DNA of 64,000 nucleotides. It comes from Hemiscyllium ocellatum. Lineage: Eukaryota. The first letter of the stretch is position 1; every line of letters starts with the position of its first letter. The stretch spans positions 29,760,001 to 29,824,000 of the forward strand of contig NC_083426.1 of assembly GCF_020745735.1 (NCBI RefSeq). Reading direction: 5' to 3'. Shown here one piece after another: positions 24,391 through 37,947 of this stretch. A program made the position numbers and the translations under genes. The notes below the pieces were generated by a model, which did not search any database, was not told the origin of the DNA, and saw only the letters and a program-made list of their open reading frames with translations.

Positions 24391-26950
24391 AGCAATAAGG
24401 TTCACCCAGTCATATGTGGAAAGGCTGGCATTTGATGCCCATCCCTAGGTATTTTGTACCGATTGGCTTTCTATGCCATTATCCAGAGAAACCCATTTTG
24501 AGGGTTGAAGGTTGTCATGGCCCTTCAGCAAGAATTTTAAGAGCAGGAGTACAGCCGTACAGCTGCCTCACAACACATGACCCCATTTGAGGTCCTGACC
24601 TACTTTGGGAAGCACTATTATATTTACTTTCCAATGATTGTGCGACCAACAATCTTTCAAAATAGAACAAACTACATCTGCCAAATAGCCCTGTGCAAAC
24701 TACCTTGCCAAGGATTTTTTTTATTTGAATACCAGTTATTACCACTTATTTCTCTCTCCACAGATGTTGCCACACCTGCTGAGTTACTCCAGTATTCTTG
24801 TGTTTATTTTCCAGCAGTATTTTGGCTTTGTTTAACAGTTCTTTGACTGAAAATCTTCACCTTCTTTGGTTTGAGCAAGAAACCTCTGGATAGGATGGTT
24901 TTGTCAGTTCTTTGTGGCCTTTAGACCATTTAAAGCAATGTTTTATCTCATTGATGCTATTGTCACCTGTTAACTGCAAGACTGCCAGTTGTCCATGTCC
25001 AGAACTGGCCAAACACATCTGCACAAATGTTTGAGATATGTTTCTAAACTGTGTTAGGAATGACAATAGCAATGGGGCCTGGATGATAGAAGAAACAAGA
25101 AAAGGCTTTAACTGATAAAGTGATGGAATTTGCGAGAGTGGATTATCAGCAGAATTTTTATAAAGTTGAGTATAGAGCATAATTGCTCAACTAGCCTTCC
25201 AAAACTGCTGCCAATTTCCCCTACTTGCAGCAACTGTTGAGTATGTGCAAAGGCAACAAGAAGACATGAGTTTGATGCTCAGGGTGGCCATTACTAAGCA
25301 AAGAAAAGAAAACTAGCTTTATTTCCAAAGTGCAAAAAATAGTGGTCCATTTGTTCCTCATGTGAAATACAGTACACTGACCATGCAAAGGTCACTTACA
25401 TCTGAATGGACCCAGGCTACTGTGCACATATTAGTTGTACGTATTGTCAGGCCACCTTGCTAAATGCACATATTGGAAACGACTGCAATTTTCTTGCTTG
25501 CCAAACCCTTGGTATTCTGATAACATTGGCTGTATCATCTCAGGACAGGAATGCAGAGCTATCAGTCGAAAGGAATGGACTGTGCCACCATGAGGCAACT
25601 GACATGCTTCAGGTGGAAAACATGTGCTACCCATTGATATAGTCTAGTGTTGCACCTCAGGTTGCAGTGTTCCACAATCATAAATCATTATGCGATCTAG
25701 ACACTTGTAGCCAACATCAAAACCCATACAGAAAAATAGTCTCAGAAATACTCAATAATGAGCTGTACAATTACAGAGCATGATTCAGTTATAAGTTGCT
25801 TATTTGTGCAAAGGACGCATGAACAATGATTTGAGTGGTGATTGAATGGTTACCCCTATCTGTAGGTGCAGCCAACTGCCATTATAACCAGAGATAATGG
25901 ATAGAGGGAAATCCTCCTTACTGGCCACAACTGCCATTCTAAATTCTGCCCTGCTCCCCTTATGAGTGCAGTGCTTCCAGTTAAGCCTCTGTCAAACACC
26001 CTACCCCAATCTTATCTTCTCCTCTTCCCTGCCTTTTAGCTCTTTTGTTCTAAATGCGTGAGGAGAGAGATATTAAGGTTTCCAGTGATACCACATGGAG
26101 GGCCTTATCACCTGAATACCACCTTGATGTGTAATGCTGCTCCTCTGCCCTTCCAAAGGTCCTGCTCTCTGGAAACATGATGAGGCAACAGTTAAGAAAG
26201 AAATTCAAGTGAAACAAACAAACTCAAGCAGCCAATGCAGATGGAGAAGCTGGTGAGAGGGCATAGTATACAAAGCATTACAATTGAGGGACCCCATCTA
26301 TCCTTATTCACCTTTCATCCACCTTTCTGTTAGTCTGCTACTCAAGCCCACTGCTGTAGTGCAGAGGAGGTCATTCATCCTTTTCCTACATTGGACCCAG
26401 TCCTTTGGCTCCTCACCAATGTCTTTTCACTTTCACGACTACTTCAGTCCAGAATTCCTGGTTAATTAGTGAGGGCCTTCTGAGGCCACCAGCAGGAAAC
26501 GGGATACTTTGCTTTGGTGGATGACCTGGCTGTGTACATGCTGTGATCTCATGTTAAATCAAAGGGTGATCTGCTGAACTGTTCATGTGCCTGGTTATGC
26601 CTACAGGATGAAACTGTGGGCTCAGTGGACTCTTATCAATTATATCTAGTGTTGACGAATGAGGAGTCCTAATTGAATTAATCCAGTGGATCAGTTAACT
26701 ATACAGACTATGGATTGAATAGAGGACCTTCCTGGTTTATATATTATAGCAATGAATTGAGAAATGTTTCTCCTTAGTGAACTTTAAGAAAATGCTGTTC
26801 TTGAACATTTGATCAAAATTAAATAGCTCAGTTCTTACTTTTGTGAAATTGATGTCTAAAGATATTTTTACTGACGGATATATGTTTTTGTTGTAAAAAA
26901 GCTGTGGTGGAATTATCCCTTCCTGTACGGCATGATCAATTGTCAGAAAG

Positions 26951-27285
26951 GGGCGGCACGGTGGCTCAGTGTTTAGCACTGCTGCCTCACAGCAGCAGGG
27001 ACCCAGCTTCAATTCCAGCCTCGGGTGACTGTCTGTGTGGAGTTTGCACATTCTCCCCTTGTCTGCGTGGGTTTCCCCCAACAATCCAAAGATGTGCAGG
27101 TTAGGTGGATTGGCCATGCTAAATTGCCCATAATGTTCAGGGATGTGTAGGCTGGGTGCATTAGTTAGGGGAAATGTAGAGTAATAGGTACAGGAGAATG
27201 GGCTGGGTGGGATACTCTTCAGAGGGTCAGTGTGGACTTGTTGGGCCAAATGGCCTTTTTCCACTCTGTAGGGATTCTAATTCTA
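26951..27285 (+). mobile_element. HE1-type V-SINE
   Basis: gggcggcacggtggctcagtgtttagcactgctgcctcacagc head, V-domain, and HER1-like tail. Confidence 0.88.
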
Positions 27286-27459
27286 AAAAGTTCAGAAAAT
27301 AGAGTGAAAATGAAAACAATCAGAAACTCAACTTAAAGAAATATTTTCCTGACTTTCCCCTTAATCCATAAATGGTGACTTCAGAATCTCATTGTTGATT
27401 AGTGACTACTTTAATTCTATGCACTTGTATTTCATTAAAGTCCCCATTTAAAAAAGATT

Positions 27460-28740
27460 ATTTCATGAGATGTGGGTATCGCTGGCTAGCCAGCATTTGT
27501 TGTCCAACTTTAGTTGCCCTTGAGAAACTGCTTTCATGAACCACTGCATTCCACCTGCTGTGAGTAAACCCACAATACCCATTAAAAAGGGAATTCCAAG
27601 ATATTGATGAGCAACAATGAAGAAATGGTGGATTTGCAACTGTGAAGCCTGTTAAAGGTACAGGTTAAAAATTGGAACAACGTGAGTTTGCCTGTGGATG
27701 TTGAATTTTGTTGTTTGGTAAGGATAGGTGAATTTGTGATTCATAAACTTGTGAATACAGAAGATTTACTGTGTTTCCAAGTCAGGACAGTGTGGCTTGG
27801 AAGGGAACTTGCAAGTGATGGTGTTCCCAAGTATCTGCTACCCTTGTCCTTCTAAATGTGGAGGTGTTGGCATTGAACTGGGGTGGACAAAGTCAAAAGT
27901 CTCACAACACCAGGTTATAGTCCAACAGGTTTATTTGAAATTACAAGCTTTCAGAGCACTGCTCTTTTGTCAGGGGTAGTGTCTTTCTAGCTGGAAGAGA
28001 TTGAGGATTTGAAAGGTGCTGTCTGAGGATCTTTGCTGAATTTCTGCAGTGCATCATGTAGATAGCACACTCTGCTGCTACTGAGCATATGTGATGAAAG
28101 GATTGGATGTGTGTGGATATGTTGCCAATCAAGCAGGCTGCTTAAGTCAAGTTTCCTGAATGTTGCTGGATCTGCACTCATCCAAGCTAATAGGAAGTTT
28201 TCTATCACCTTCCTGACTTGTACCTTGTAGATGATGAACATGCTTTGGGCAGTCAGGAGATGAGTTACTAACTGCAGTACTCCCAGCCTCTGACCTGCCC
28301 TTTTTGCCACTGTGTTTGTGCAATGAGTCCAGTTGAGTTTCTAGTTAATGGTAACCCCAAGGATGTTGGGGAATTCAGAGTTAGAAACACCATTGAATGT
28401 CAATGACCAGTGGTTAGATTGTCTCTTATTCCAAATGGGCATAACCTGGCTTTGCCGTGTTATGATTGCCACAATGCCATTCAGGTGAGAATTCTAGGAT
28501 CTTGACCCAACAACAATGAAGAAATGGCAATATTCCAAATCAGAATGGTGAGTGGCTGGCAAGGGAATTTGCAGGTGATGGTGTTCCCATGTATCTGCTG
28601 CCCATATCTTTCTAGATGGAAGTGCTCGTGGGTTTGGAAGATGCTTTCTGCAGATCTTTGGTGAATTTTGGCAATGTGTTGTACACATTGCTGCTACTGA
28701 GGGTCAGTGGTGGGAGGATTCAATGTTTGTGGATGTGGTG
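27460..28740 (-). mobile_element. Cluster of old L2/CR1-like LINE tails and SINE remnants, plus a small PLE-B fragment (about 27865-27970)
   Basis: Repeated motif gggaacttgcaagtgatggtgttccca..tatctgct; ORF fragment FIIYKVQVRKVIE..LAWMSA. Confidence 0.55.
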
Positions 28741-29269
28741 TCCCTATCAAACTCAACTTACCATATGCCACTTCCAATATGCCTTGCTTTCATTCATAAG
28801 CTATGCAACAAAAATTCTCGCCTTGCAAGTCAGAGCGGGTGTATGGTGCTGGCAGTTTGTTTAAGCTTCTGCTGGACAGCTTCAGAACAATGTCCCTTCA
28901 TGATCAATGGCAATCATCCTTCTCAACCATTCAAACAAATAAATCAGCATTGGCAAATCATTAGCCTCAGGACATCATCATGCTTGCTCTTGGACAAACT
29001 CGGACATCTCTTCAATACTTTACTTTGGACCTCTGGAATGCCTATGTTTTGCATATTTCTGCCAGATCTTTCGGCATGCCCAACCTGTTCAACCTTTCTT
29101 CGTAAGGTGTATGCACCCACCCCAGGAATAAATTGATTTAAACTTCTTTGAGCACTTTTAACACTGTTATAGCCTTTTCAAATACGGAGACCAATATTGT
29201 GCACAGTCTTCTCAACATATTCCTGTACGGCTGCTGGAGAATTTCCTAACTCTTACCTGATCAGGGGCA

Positions 29270-31060
29270 GAAGTGCGTGTAGTGGCTATCACTAAGGGGA
29301 AGATAGATAAATCACCTGGACCAAATGGACTACACGACAGGGTTCGGGAGAAAACAGTTGAGAAGGTTGTAGAGACATTGGTGGTGATCTTTCAAGAATC
29401 ACTGGAGTCAGGGAGGGTCACAGAGGACTGGAAATGGCTGATGTAACACTCCTGTTTAAGAAGGGAAGGAGGCAGAAGACAGAAAATTGTAGGCCACTTA
29501 GCCTAACCTCAGTCATTGGCAAGATTTTCAAGGCCATTATTTGGGATGAGAATGAGGAGCATTTAGAAAGATACAGTAAAAAAGAGCTGAGTCAAGGGGA
29601 AAGTGAGGACTGCAAATACTGAAGATCAAAGTTGAGAGTGTGGTGCTAGAAAAGCACAGCAGGTCAGGCAGCATCCGAGGTGCAGGAGAATCGACATTTC
29701 AGACATAAGCCCTTCATCAGGAATCAAGGGGAAGTCATATCCGACAAATCTGTTAGAATTCTTGAGGAGGTAACGAGCAAGTTAGATAAAGCAGAGCCAG
29801 TGGATGTGATCTATTTGGATTTCCAGAAGGCCTTTGACAAGGTGCTACACAGGACACTGCTGAGATAACAGCCTATGGTATAGGGGCAAGGTACTGACAT
29901 AGTTAGAGGATTAGCTGTTAGGCAGAAGGCAGAGAGTTCGAATAAAGAGATATTTTTAGGATGTTAGCCAATACTAGTGGAGTTCTGCAACAGTCAGTGT
30001 TAGGACCACAATTATTCATGTTATACATTAACAAACTAGCCAAAGGAATTTGCAGATAACACAAAAATAAGTGGAAGGACCAGTCATGCTGAGGAAGTGG
30101 GGAGATGCAGAAGGCACTGGACAGGCTAGGAGAGTGGGTGAAAAAATCACAGATGGAATACAAGGTGGGGAAGTGTGAGGTTATGCACATTGATAGGAAG
30201 AACAGAGGCAGAGACTATTTTCTAAATGGGGAAGGGCTTTTGACATCTGCAGCACATATGAGGCATTCTAGTTTAGGATCTTTTAAGGTTAACATGCAGA
30301 CTCAGTTGGCACTTAGGAAGGTAAATGCAATGTTAACATTCATTTCAAGAGAGCTGGTTTACAAGAGCAGGGGTGCACCACTGAAGCTGTATAATGCTCT
30401 AGTCAGACCACATTTGAAATATTGTGGCAGGTTTGGGTGCCATATCTAAGGAAGGATGTGCTGGCCATGTGGGGGATCCACAGGAGATTCACAAGAATGA
30501 TCCAGGGGATGGTAAATAGGACTAGATCAGTTTAGAATATCTGGTCAGTGTGAACAACTTGGGCCAAAGAGTCTGTTTCTGTGCTGTGTAACTCCATGAC
30601 CCTATGAAAAGCTTGCCATAGGAGGAACAGTTGAGGGCTTTGAATCTGTACTAGGTGGAGTTTAGGAAGGTTGGGGGGGAGGGGTTCTCATTGAAACTTG
30701 CAGAATACTGAGAGGCCTGGGTAGTGTGGATGTGGAGAAGATGTTCAGGTAAGATTAGCACCCAAGGGCAAAGCCTCAGAGTGAAGGGATGACTCTTTAG
30801 AACTGAGATGAGGGGAATTTCTTCACTCAGATGGTGGTGAATCTGTGGAACTCATTGCGACAGAAAGCTGAGGAGGCCAAGTCATTGAATTTCTTTAAGG
30901 CAGAGATACATGGATTCTTGATTAGTAAGGGGATCAAGGATTATGGTGAGATGTTAGGAGGATGAGTTGACAAATATATCAGCCATGATTGAATGGTGAA
31001 GCAGACTCGATGGGCTGGAAGGCTTAATTCTATTCCTATGTCATATGGTCTTTATGGTCT
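29270..31060 (+). mobile_element. CR1-clade LINE (RT region to 3' end) with nested mini-PLE (about 29600-29722) and HER1 tail (about 30515-30605)
   Basis: ADVTLLFKKG..NCRPLSLTSVIGK, VDVIYLDFQKAFDKV, LVRPHLKYC. Confidence 0.85.
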
Positions 31061-31484
31061 AATTAACATTCTGCTTGCAATAAATACCATCATTATTGTA
31101 CCTGCAAACTAACCTTTTGTAACTCATATAGCAGGCCACCTGGATTTCTCTGTACATCCATTTTCTGCACTGTTGCATTCACCATTGTAATATAGAAATC
31201 AATTATGCATAGTCAGATCCACAAACATCACTGAGATAATGAACAAATCATTTTTATAAGTGACATTATCCAGGACATTGGTGACAGCTCTCCAGTATTT
31301 CTTCAAAAAGTGCCATGGGACATTTTCGACAGGGCAAAGAGGAACTCACCATCATCTGAAAAGAAGAGCCTTAAACTTGTTTTAAACTATGAATAATATT
31401 CTTGAAACAATTTAGAATGATTTAAAATGCACACTGTGTCTAACTGCAGGATGAAGAGTAATGCTTGTGTCTTGCCAAAAGTAG

Positions 31485-31706
31485 GAGAAAGTGAGGATTG
31501 CAGATGCTAGAGATCAGAGCTGAAAATGTATTGCTGGAAAAGCGCAGCAGGTCAGGCAGTATCCAAGGAGCAGGAGAATCGACGTTTCGGGTATGAGTCC
31601 TTCTTTATGAACATTCCTGAAGAAGGGCTCTTGCCCGAAACATCGATTCTCCTGCTCCTTGGATATTGCCTGACCTGCTGCGCTTTTCCAGCAACACATT
31701 TTCAGC
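31485..31706. mobile_element. Miniature palindromic PLE-derived element (family A), 15-bp TSD
   Basis: TSD tcttgccaaaagtag at 31470-31484 and 31707-31721. Long inverted arms. Hammerhead-like core attc-CTGAAGA-a-gggc..gccc-GAAAC-ATC at 31613-31648. Confidence 0.85.
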
Positions 31707-34389
31707 TCTTGCCAAAAGTAGATAAACCTGCATGTTTAATGCTGATTGCATTTTTGAACAATTAGTCTATTTTACTGTTGGTAATTACTTAAGACACCAC
31801 ACCCTGGGTGTAGTCAGGACAGGTGGATGTCGATAAGCAATTACCTCGAGCAGGCTTTAACAGTCATATTAATTTACGGTGGCAATGATTTCTGGCAAAG
31901 AGTTTTGACATAACCCACAATAATTCTGACAATGTTTCTCACGTCAGAATGAAAATAAAGACTGAAATTGATAGTGTTAACCCATCTTTCTGTTCAAATT
32001 TCTTACAAATCTGAAAAATATTCAAATGGTTCACTTCAAGGTTTTGAATGACTTGTCTCTAAGGAACATTTTTTTAAAAAAGTAATTCTTTCTCATTGTT
32101 AAGAAAATACTAAAGACTTGACAGACATTTGTGATACCAGCTGGAGCTTGATTTAAATGAAATACTATGTAAATTGTAAATGACAATTCAAGTATTAAAC
32201 TAACTGTATGTAAAGCATTTTACTCTATTTAAAATGTGTTGTCTTCATGAAAAATGTTTGGCAAATCTATTTTTTTAAGCTTTCAATGAAAGTGCATCAA
32301 AAGCACCACATCATTTTTGTCACAATTACTTAATACAATTGTGCATTTTAGCATCAGAATGCATTTACAAACAATTGTTTAATGAAGATCTGTTCTGCAC
32401 GTCTTTGCCATTAACAAACACAAGCCTGAAATCACAAACATCAATAAAATGGCAATTTCTTGTTTTTTTTTCCAGAAAGGCGGACTTAAATTTGTGTATT
32501 TTATAATAAGAGACTTTTAACTTACATGGGAGGGGAGGATATGGGGCAAATTCTTATAGAATATGGTTTAAGAAACTCTTCTCATCCTTTAATGAGATTT
32601 ACCCACTTTTCATCCTGAAAAGGATTAAATCTTTAGGTGCTGACTGGATCTGATCTGAAGTAAATGATATGAGTTACTTATGCTGCGATGCGTCAATCAA
32701 ATTCAAGACTTCTGTACAAGCACAAAGATCATGTTGCTGCAGCAGATGAAAAATATTTGAGGACTGTCAGGATAAATTTGGCCAATAAATGAATCTTGCT
32801 TTTGATGTCCTAATATTTTTAATGATGATTGTGAAGTGCCAGCTTAAATAAACAAGCTTTTTTTTAAAAAAATGTACATGATTCTTACATTGTTGCTGCA
32901 ACCTTCATGGGTGTCCAGAGAGAATAAACAGACAGGGTAATTAGCCTGTCCAACTTACACCGAAAACAGTTGAAATGGTGAACATTTCAACTTATGTTTC
33001 AATAATATTTTAATTTGCTTTTAAGTCCATACTTTGGAAAGATAATGAAAAGAGGCACTGTCAGAATTCATTACAGTTTCATGACTGCAGGCATTAAATT
33101 AGTTAACAGCCAAAAATAAGAATATTTAGGTCTTGCACAAAAATCTGTATAATGTCAACATACTTATTCTGTTTTGTACCTCCAGTTTTTCTTGAAACAC
33201 TTCCCCGAAAAAAGTATCATTTAGGGAGAATTGTTTGCATTAAGAATGTGTTTTCTCTGTAGATTTATTGAAATTGCTGTTCTCTCAATATCTACAAGTA
33301 GGACTGGCACATTAAAGACAGTTATCATGCTAATGTAGTTACTTCTTCAATTTGAATTTTGAACTTTACTGCCTGGACATTGAACATCAATTATTCTGGA
33401 TCTTTCATGCTGCACAATGTTTTGGAAATAACAAATTGTGGAAATTTTATTAACTTTCTCTACATAGTCACCTACGCCTGATCCTCTGATTAACAGGAGG
33501 AATAGACAACAATTGCTGTCTTTGCCAGTGATTTCGAAATCCTGGGAAATAATAAAGAACTAAAAGTAGGTCATCAGGCCAATTTTTAATAATTTGGAGG
33601 GTCAACTTGGTAGCTTAAACCTTTCCTTCTTGACTGGAGCACAAATTTGTTCACAACTTGATTATAATAGTTCAATGCTTATTAATTCATTAAGAGTAAA
33701 TGCAATATTCAATGTTATTGAGTGAAATTTCAAACGAGTAAGTGCATAGATTTAAGGTGAGGATTGGAGCATTTAAAAGGCCGATGTTAGTAACTGAAGA
33801 GTATATATTTTTTAAAAATCTATTCCATAAAAGCCAATAAAAACCTTAGACTAAATCATGTAGATTCTATGCAATCAATTACACTGTAGACAAAAAATTA
33901 TCAGGACCTTGGAGACAGGGTACAGATTTTCCATAAAGAGTGCAGTTATTCTCTTATTTTTACACTACAGCACTATGAATGCAAAACTGACAGTATAACT
34001 TGCGAGTCATATCCCAATCTGAATCCAGAGGGGAGACATACTATAGTACATGAAAAGCTATTGAACTGCTTAGGTATGAAACTGCAAATGACAATTGCGT
34101 TAAACGCTTTAAGAATTGCTCTGGGCATTGTGTAACATCAAAAAATTGAATATTGCATTGTATTCTTGCAATACCAACTGGAAGAGAAGTTCTGTGTATA
34201 TATGTAGATAAATATGTAGAAAATTCTTTAATTATACAAAGAATGAAGTCTCCACCAAGGTAGTCCACTACAGGTACTGTAAGACTGAAATAAATTCTGA
34301 GCTAAGACCAATATAAACATATTCTGAACTAAGACTAAGCAATACTGTACTTAGGTAAGTTAACTCATCCACCATGCATCCCTCTCTCT

Positions 34390-34730
34390 TATCTAAAAAA
34401 GCTGAAAGGACCTCAAATCTCTTAGGCAATTGCAAAGGCTGAGGCCTCAGCACTTAAGGTCTTCGGGTTCCCTTACTTGCCTCGCTTGTTGTCACATCTT
34501 CCTTTCCCGGACCAGTGGCCAGATCAGAAGTTCCAACTCTGAGGGGTGCGATTGCCTCCCAGAACAAAATGGCCTGTTATCATTCCCTCCGCTCGATCTG
34601 TTGCAGAATCTGCTGTTCAAAGTCTAGCTAAGGAACTCGGTATCAACGCTGTTCACGCTGCAGACACTTTCTGCAGATGTGTCTAGCAGGAAATCTTACA
34701 TTCTACGATCGGAGCATATTGTCTGCCTTA
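34390..34730 (-). mobile_element. Old CR1 ORF1 N-terminal remnant
   Basis: The minus strand reads ..ICRKCLQRE..(F)WEAIAP.., resembling the Cys-rich zipper region of CR1 ORF1; heavily degenerate. Confidence 0.45.
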
Positions 34731-36028
34731 GATCTTAATTGTGTCTTAATTAATTGTTAATTATGTTATTAATGAAATTATTAAACTATTAAATAAGTTT
34801 AATGTCTCTTCACGCTGCCACTTACTGTAATAATTAATTAGCATCCAATAAACTTTGCAGTTTAACAATAATGAAAATAATGAAATCACTATTTTCTTAC
34901 TTTGTTTCTGCCAAAACCTCTTAAATAATCATAAGCTTGGTTATTGTAAGATCTGAACAATCATTTTAAACCTTGTTTATGCACAGGGCCATATCTTTAC
35001 ATTATATGACTAATCATGCATGATACACTTAGTTGGAAAGGTCAGACTGTTATTAGTCAATACCAACAGCATCATATCGTCCTGTATTTGTTTAAATAAC
35101 ACCAGTAAAAGCTGTGGTAGTGAAATTCTTACTAAGTACTTTCAGTATTTATTACAGTTATTTGTGAGATATTATTTTGTGTAGTTTTGCAAAGGCATTA
35201 AACTATTTGGTAATGTCACCATTTCCTTCAGTATAATGTGTTATTGCTGTAATAAAATTAGATGGCACTGTTTCTATAGAAGTGGATATATTTTACAGCA
35301 GCTCTTTGGAATTCAATATATGTTACAGGAATGTACTGCAATATGAAAAATAACTACAATAAACTTTGCAAAAATAGTATAATATCTTTGTATATATATC
35401 TTTGTGGACCGAACTTCAAAAATCATAGAAAAGACCACACAAAAATACACTTAACTTCGGCACATAATATGCTTTCAAACGTTACACACTGAAAAATTAA
35501 TTGATTAATGAAAATTTGAAGCCATTTAAATACTTATCAACTAAAATTCATATATCTATATAACCACCTATGTACCTCATATCAGTTTCATAAAAATAAG
35601 CAAAGTTAGTTTAATTGATTCCTTAATGTTGCCTCAGTGTATGTTGCTATTTATTTTGGTTGCTTTGTATCAATGTTCATTAAATTGCTCTATTTATATA
35701 TCATATAGCAGACAATTTAAACAATGTGCACAGTTTTCTTTTCAATCAATTTCATCCTTTCCTTCTCTTATGAAGGAATTAGCTCCTCAATGACATACTT
35801 TTCAACGATTCCTAGTAAGCCTAAATTTTTTTGACCAAGTGTCCATTCTTCACTTACAAGCCTCAAGAATCACCAAACTATTTGATTGTGCTGCATATCA
35901 CAGAAAAGATTAATCCTCAGCAGAAAAGTAAATTTCCAGCTGGCATCACTGAACAGCTATCACAGTATTGCTCCTGGCTAATTTTCTCTTTTCTAACTAA
36001 ATGTCTCTATATCCACCTGATTAAGATC

Positions 36029-36068
36029 AGTTCTGAAGAAGAGTCATATTGGCCTTGAAACGTTAACT
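36029..36068 (+). ncRNA. Hammerhead ribozyme-like motif (family D pLTR)
   Basis: agtt-CTGAAGA-a-gagtc..ggcctt-GAAA-c-GTT-aact; stem II partly degenerate. Confidence 0.55.
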
Positions 36069-36268
36069 CTGTTTCTCTCACCAGAGGTGCTGCCAGACCT
36101 ACTGATTTTTTCCAACACTCTTGTATTTGTTTCAGCTTTTCAGCATTCACAGCACTTTGGTTTTAATTGCAAGCTATTACCAATGTGGAAGACTGTGAAC
36201 AGTTAGACTGTGAACAGCCTATCTTCCCAGGCTCCTGTGCCATCAATCAGGAAGTAGCTTGCACAAGT

Positions 36269-37947
36269 GAGCCTCTGTTTTTTTGGATAGTTATTTTTTA
36301 CTGTTAAAAGCTGAAAGTGTTCATTATTTAATAATATTAAAGAATATTTCAAAGCAAGTTTTAAAGTTGGTTTGTGGTTCGCCTGAAAACTTTAAAAACA
36401 AAACTTTACTGGGAAAGTAAGCCAAATCATAAACATGTGCCTGCTTAAGACTCAAATATAAAAGAAGTTTTAACTTCTTTTCTGTATACAGCAAGTTTAT
36501 CAGTTTAAAGTACTTGTCCTAGCCAAACAGTTATCATTTCTATTTCTTGGCTCAGAATCTAAATTGTTGCCTCAAAAAGAACTGGATGCCATAGAATCAT
36601 AGAGTTTACAGCATGGAAACAGACTCCAACCAGTCCATGCTAAACATAATCTCAAACTAATCCCCACCTGCTTGCTTCTGGCCCATATCCCTCCAAAGCT
36701 TTCTTATTCATATACTTGTCAAAATGTCTTTTATATGTTGTAATTGTATTCACATCCACCACTTCCTTAGGACATTCATTCCACACATGAACCACCCTCA
36801 GTATAAAATAATTGCCCCATATATCTGTTTTAAGTCTCTCTCCTCTCACTTTAAAAATGTGCACCTGAGTCTTGACAATCAAGGTATGTTTCAATGCATA
36901 ATTTCAGTTACATCACACTTTAAAGTTTTGCTATAAATTCTGTGCCTTACAATTGTGGCCTCCACAACCACCTGATGAAGGAGCAGTGCTCTGAAGGTTA
37001 GTGTGCTTCCAATTAAACCTGTTGGACATAACCTAGTGTTGTGTGATTTTTAGCCTTTCTTTATAACTCAAAAGTTCCATACCCGGCAACATCCTGGTAA
37101 ATCTCTTCTGTAACCTCTCCGGCTTAAATAATATCCTTCCTGAATGTGTTTAGTTACAGATATTCACTGAGCTGCCTTTTTCCTCATCAAATTTAAATGT
37201 TTTGAAGTTGTGATGGAAATGTCTGCACTCTCCAAATGTTACTTTGATTTCCATGTAATGTATAGCATTGTCAAGGAGACTGACAGTTTTTGATCAGCTT
37301 TGGTATCAATGACTTCAGCAATATAAGGTTGCCTTTTCCAGTCCTTCACATCATTTTAAAATTCATTCATGGGGCATTGCTGTCTCGACCAGCATTTATT
37401 GCTCTTTCCTAGATACCCTTGGGTTAGTGGTGGCGATGTAGCTTCTTGAACTACTGCAGTCCATATGCTGCAGGTAGACCACAATGCCATTCAGAGGAAA
37501 TTCCAGGATTTTATATCAATGTATTCATACTTTTGACATAAGTTAAGTGTTTAAAAATCACTTAGAGCCTCTCTGTTTTTTGGATAGCTAGGTTTTGCTG
37601 TTCGGGTGCTGGCAGGTGGGACTAGATTAGTTTGGGATATCTGGTCAGCATGGACAGTTTGGACCGAAGGGTCTGTTTCCATGCTGTACATCTCTGACTC
37701 TATAACTCTAAGTGTTATTTCTTTCATAATATAAAAGAAGACATCAAAGCAAGTTTTAAAGGTGGCTTGTGGTTTGCCTGAAAACTTTAAAAATAAAACT
37801 TTACTGGAAAAGTATAGTCAAATCATAAACATGTGCCTGCTTAAAACTTAAATACAATTGTTTTTTTCTGATACAGTAAATTTATCAGTTTAAAGTACAT
37901 GTTCCAGCCAAACAGATGTCATTTCTATTTCTTGGCTCAGAATCTAA
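36269..37947 (+). repeat. Local direct duplication of a ~290-bp non-coding block (36269-36562 and 37565-37947; second copy interrupted by a LINE tail at about 37603-37710)
   Basis: Shared strings such as caaagcaagttttaaag, gcctgaaaactttaaaaa, aaatcataaacatgtgcctgcttaa, tttatcagtttaaagtac, tcatttctatttcttggctcagaatctaa. Confidence 0.85.

Noticed and set aside
18690-27020. tRNA genes at SINE heads (about 18720-18782, 19390-19451, 26951-27020)
   Set aside because: They continue directly into V-SINE bodies and lack a complete cloverleaf.
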